Source: a virus
Length of the DNA: 41,831 nucleotides
Reading direction: 5' to 3' (one strand)
Virus record (IMG/VR): IMGVR_UViG_3300029378_000011
The position numbers were made by a program, and so were the translations under genes. Shown here in pieces: positions 40,640 to 41,831 of this stretch. Under the pieces are notes generated by a model. That model was not told the DNA's origin. It made no database searches and saw only the letters and a program-made list of their open reading frames with translations. Within the stretch, counting starts at the first letter, position 1. The number at the start of each line of letters is the position of its first letter.

Positions 40640-41831
40640 GTGAATATTCGGAGAGCATTAAAGGATCTCGGGTTTGACACGGTCGGCAATAAATTCTATT
40701 CCCTGATCGACCTGTGGAACGCGTGGTATAAGGGAAACGTTGAAGATTTCCACAGCTATACGGTGTGGAATGGGATTGAAGAGCTGGAGTGCCACCGGTA
40801 TTCGGTGGGAATGGGAAAGAAAGTCTGCGAGGACTGGGCCAACCTCCTAATGAACGAGCGAGTCAACATCACGCTCGAAGGCAAACAGGAACAGGAATTT
40901 ATCGATACTGTTTTTGCCGATAACAACTGGGAGGTCAAGGCTAACGAATCGCAGGAGCGCAAAGCGGCAGTAGGAACCGTTGCGTATGTGCCGGTGATGG
41001 AAGGCATGGGAATTAACCCAGATACGGCAGAAATCATTGACTCTGGCCGCATTCGCATCAACTACGTCAGCGCCTGGAACATCTACCCGCTTACGTGGGA
41101 TAACGGCGTTATCCGCGAGTGTGCGTTCGCATCCACTCGGAAGGTCGATGACACAGAATATACTTACATCCAGGTGCACCGGCTGCGCAACGGCGAGTAT
41201 GACATTGAGAACCATCTGTATGATGCGGAGGAAGTCCCGCTGGCCAGCGTGAAAGGGTTTGAGACAATTCCTCCGGTGATTCATACCGGCAGCGACAAGC
41301 CGCAGTTTGTAATTGACCGGCTGAACATTGCAAACTCTGACGAAAACAACCCGCTTGGCGTGGCTGCATTTGCCCACGCCATCGACCAGCTCAAGAGCGT
41401 TGACATCACCTATGATAGCTATGTGAACGAATTTGTGTTGGGCAAGAAGCGCATTGTGGTGCAGCCGGAGGCAACCCAGAGCATTGACGGTCGGCCAGTG
41501 TTTGATAAGCGTGAGACCGTTTATTATGTACTTCCGGAGGACAGAGGCGGCAACGGCAACATCTTGCAGCAGGTCGATATGTCGCTACGGACGGCGGAGT
41601 TTAACACCGGCATGCAAGATATGTTGAACATCCTGTCCAGCAAGTGCGGTTTTGGTGAGAACCATTACAAATTCAACCAGGGCAGCATCGCAACTGCCAC
41701 GCAGGTCATCAGCGAAAACAGCACCCTGTTCCGCACGATCAAAAAACATGAAATTGTGCTTGAACAGGCAATCACAGAGTTGTGCCGGAGCTTGCTCCGC
41801 ATGGGAAATCGGTACATGGGCGCATCCCTCA
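40640..41831 (+). CDS. Portal protein (SPP1 gp6-like), N-terminal part. It runs off the window end and continues at 3..335.
   Basis: GTG at 40640 lies 4 nt after the terL stop. The frame stays open to the end of the window and is continuous through the 123-bp overlap. Confidence 0.8.
   Translation, partial: MNIRRALKDLGFDTVGNKFYSLIDLWNAWYKGNVEDFHSYTVWNGIEELECHRYSVGMGKKVCEDWANLLMNERVNITLEGKQEQEFIDTVFADNNWEVKANESQERKAAVGTVAYVPVMEGMGINPDTAEIIDSGRIRINYVSAWNIYPLTWDNGVIRECAFASTRKVDDTEYTYIQVHRLRNGEYDIENHLYDAEEVPLASVKGFETIPPVIHTGSDKPQFVIDRLNIANSDENNPLGVAAFAHAIDQLKSVDITYDSYVNEFVLGKKRIVVQPEATQSIDGRPVFDKRETVYYVLPEDRGGNGNILQQVDMSLRTAEFNTGMQDMLNILSSKCGFGENHYKFNQGSIATATQVISENSTLFRTIKKHEIVLEQAITELCRSLLRMGNRYMGASL
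41709..41831. repeat. Second copy of the 123-bp terminal overlap
   Basis: Identical to bases 1-123. Confidence 0.95.

Overview
The window is a complete, circularly closed genome of a temperate siphovirus-type phage. There are about 41,708 unique bp, and bases 1-123 repeat exactly at 41709-41831. The protein families suggest a Gram-positive, Clostridia-like host. The contig is linearised inside the portal gene. Apart from one island, all long genes lie on the + strand. In order the modules are as follows. (1) Portal C-terminus, two inserted genes (including a DUF4417-like one), MuF-like minor capsid protein, scaffold, major capsid, neck proteins, major tail, two tail chaperones. (2) A reverse-strand SHOCT moron. 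(3) Tape measure, distal tail/hub, DUF859-like receptor-binding protein, BspA-type LRR protein, holin and amidase endolysin. (4) A 3-kb post-lysis moron cluster. (5) attP (the 3' end of a tRNA plus its terminator) with a minus-strand tyrosine integrase, a membrane-anchored XRE protein and a CI-like repressor. (6) A divergent immunity switch followed by Cro-like and Xis-like genes, a 27-bp-repeat protein, Erf/NinB-Orf/SSB recombination genes, a replisome organiser with iterons, and a DnaC-like loader. (7) A DNA-modification block (C5-MTase-like, Dam-like, PAPS-reductase/DndC-like), RusA, and many small Cys-rich proteins, plus 3D-domain, ASCH and dNTP-diphosphohydrolase-like genes and a late regulator. 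(8) An ~810-nt ORF-free, helix-dense island carrying a tRNA-like element, then terS, an AT-rich N4/N6 methyltransferase, terL and the portal N-terminus. The items most worth a second look are the structured non-coding island (a candidate large ornate ncRNA), a possible -1 frameshift extension of the major capsid protein, the autonomous SHOCT moron inside the tail operon, the post-lysis moron cluster, and the multi-enzyme DNA-modification block. All functional calls rest on motif recognition by eye. No searches were run.
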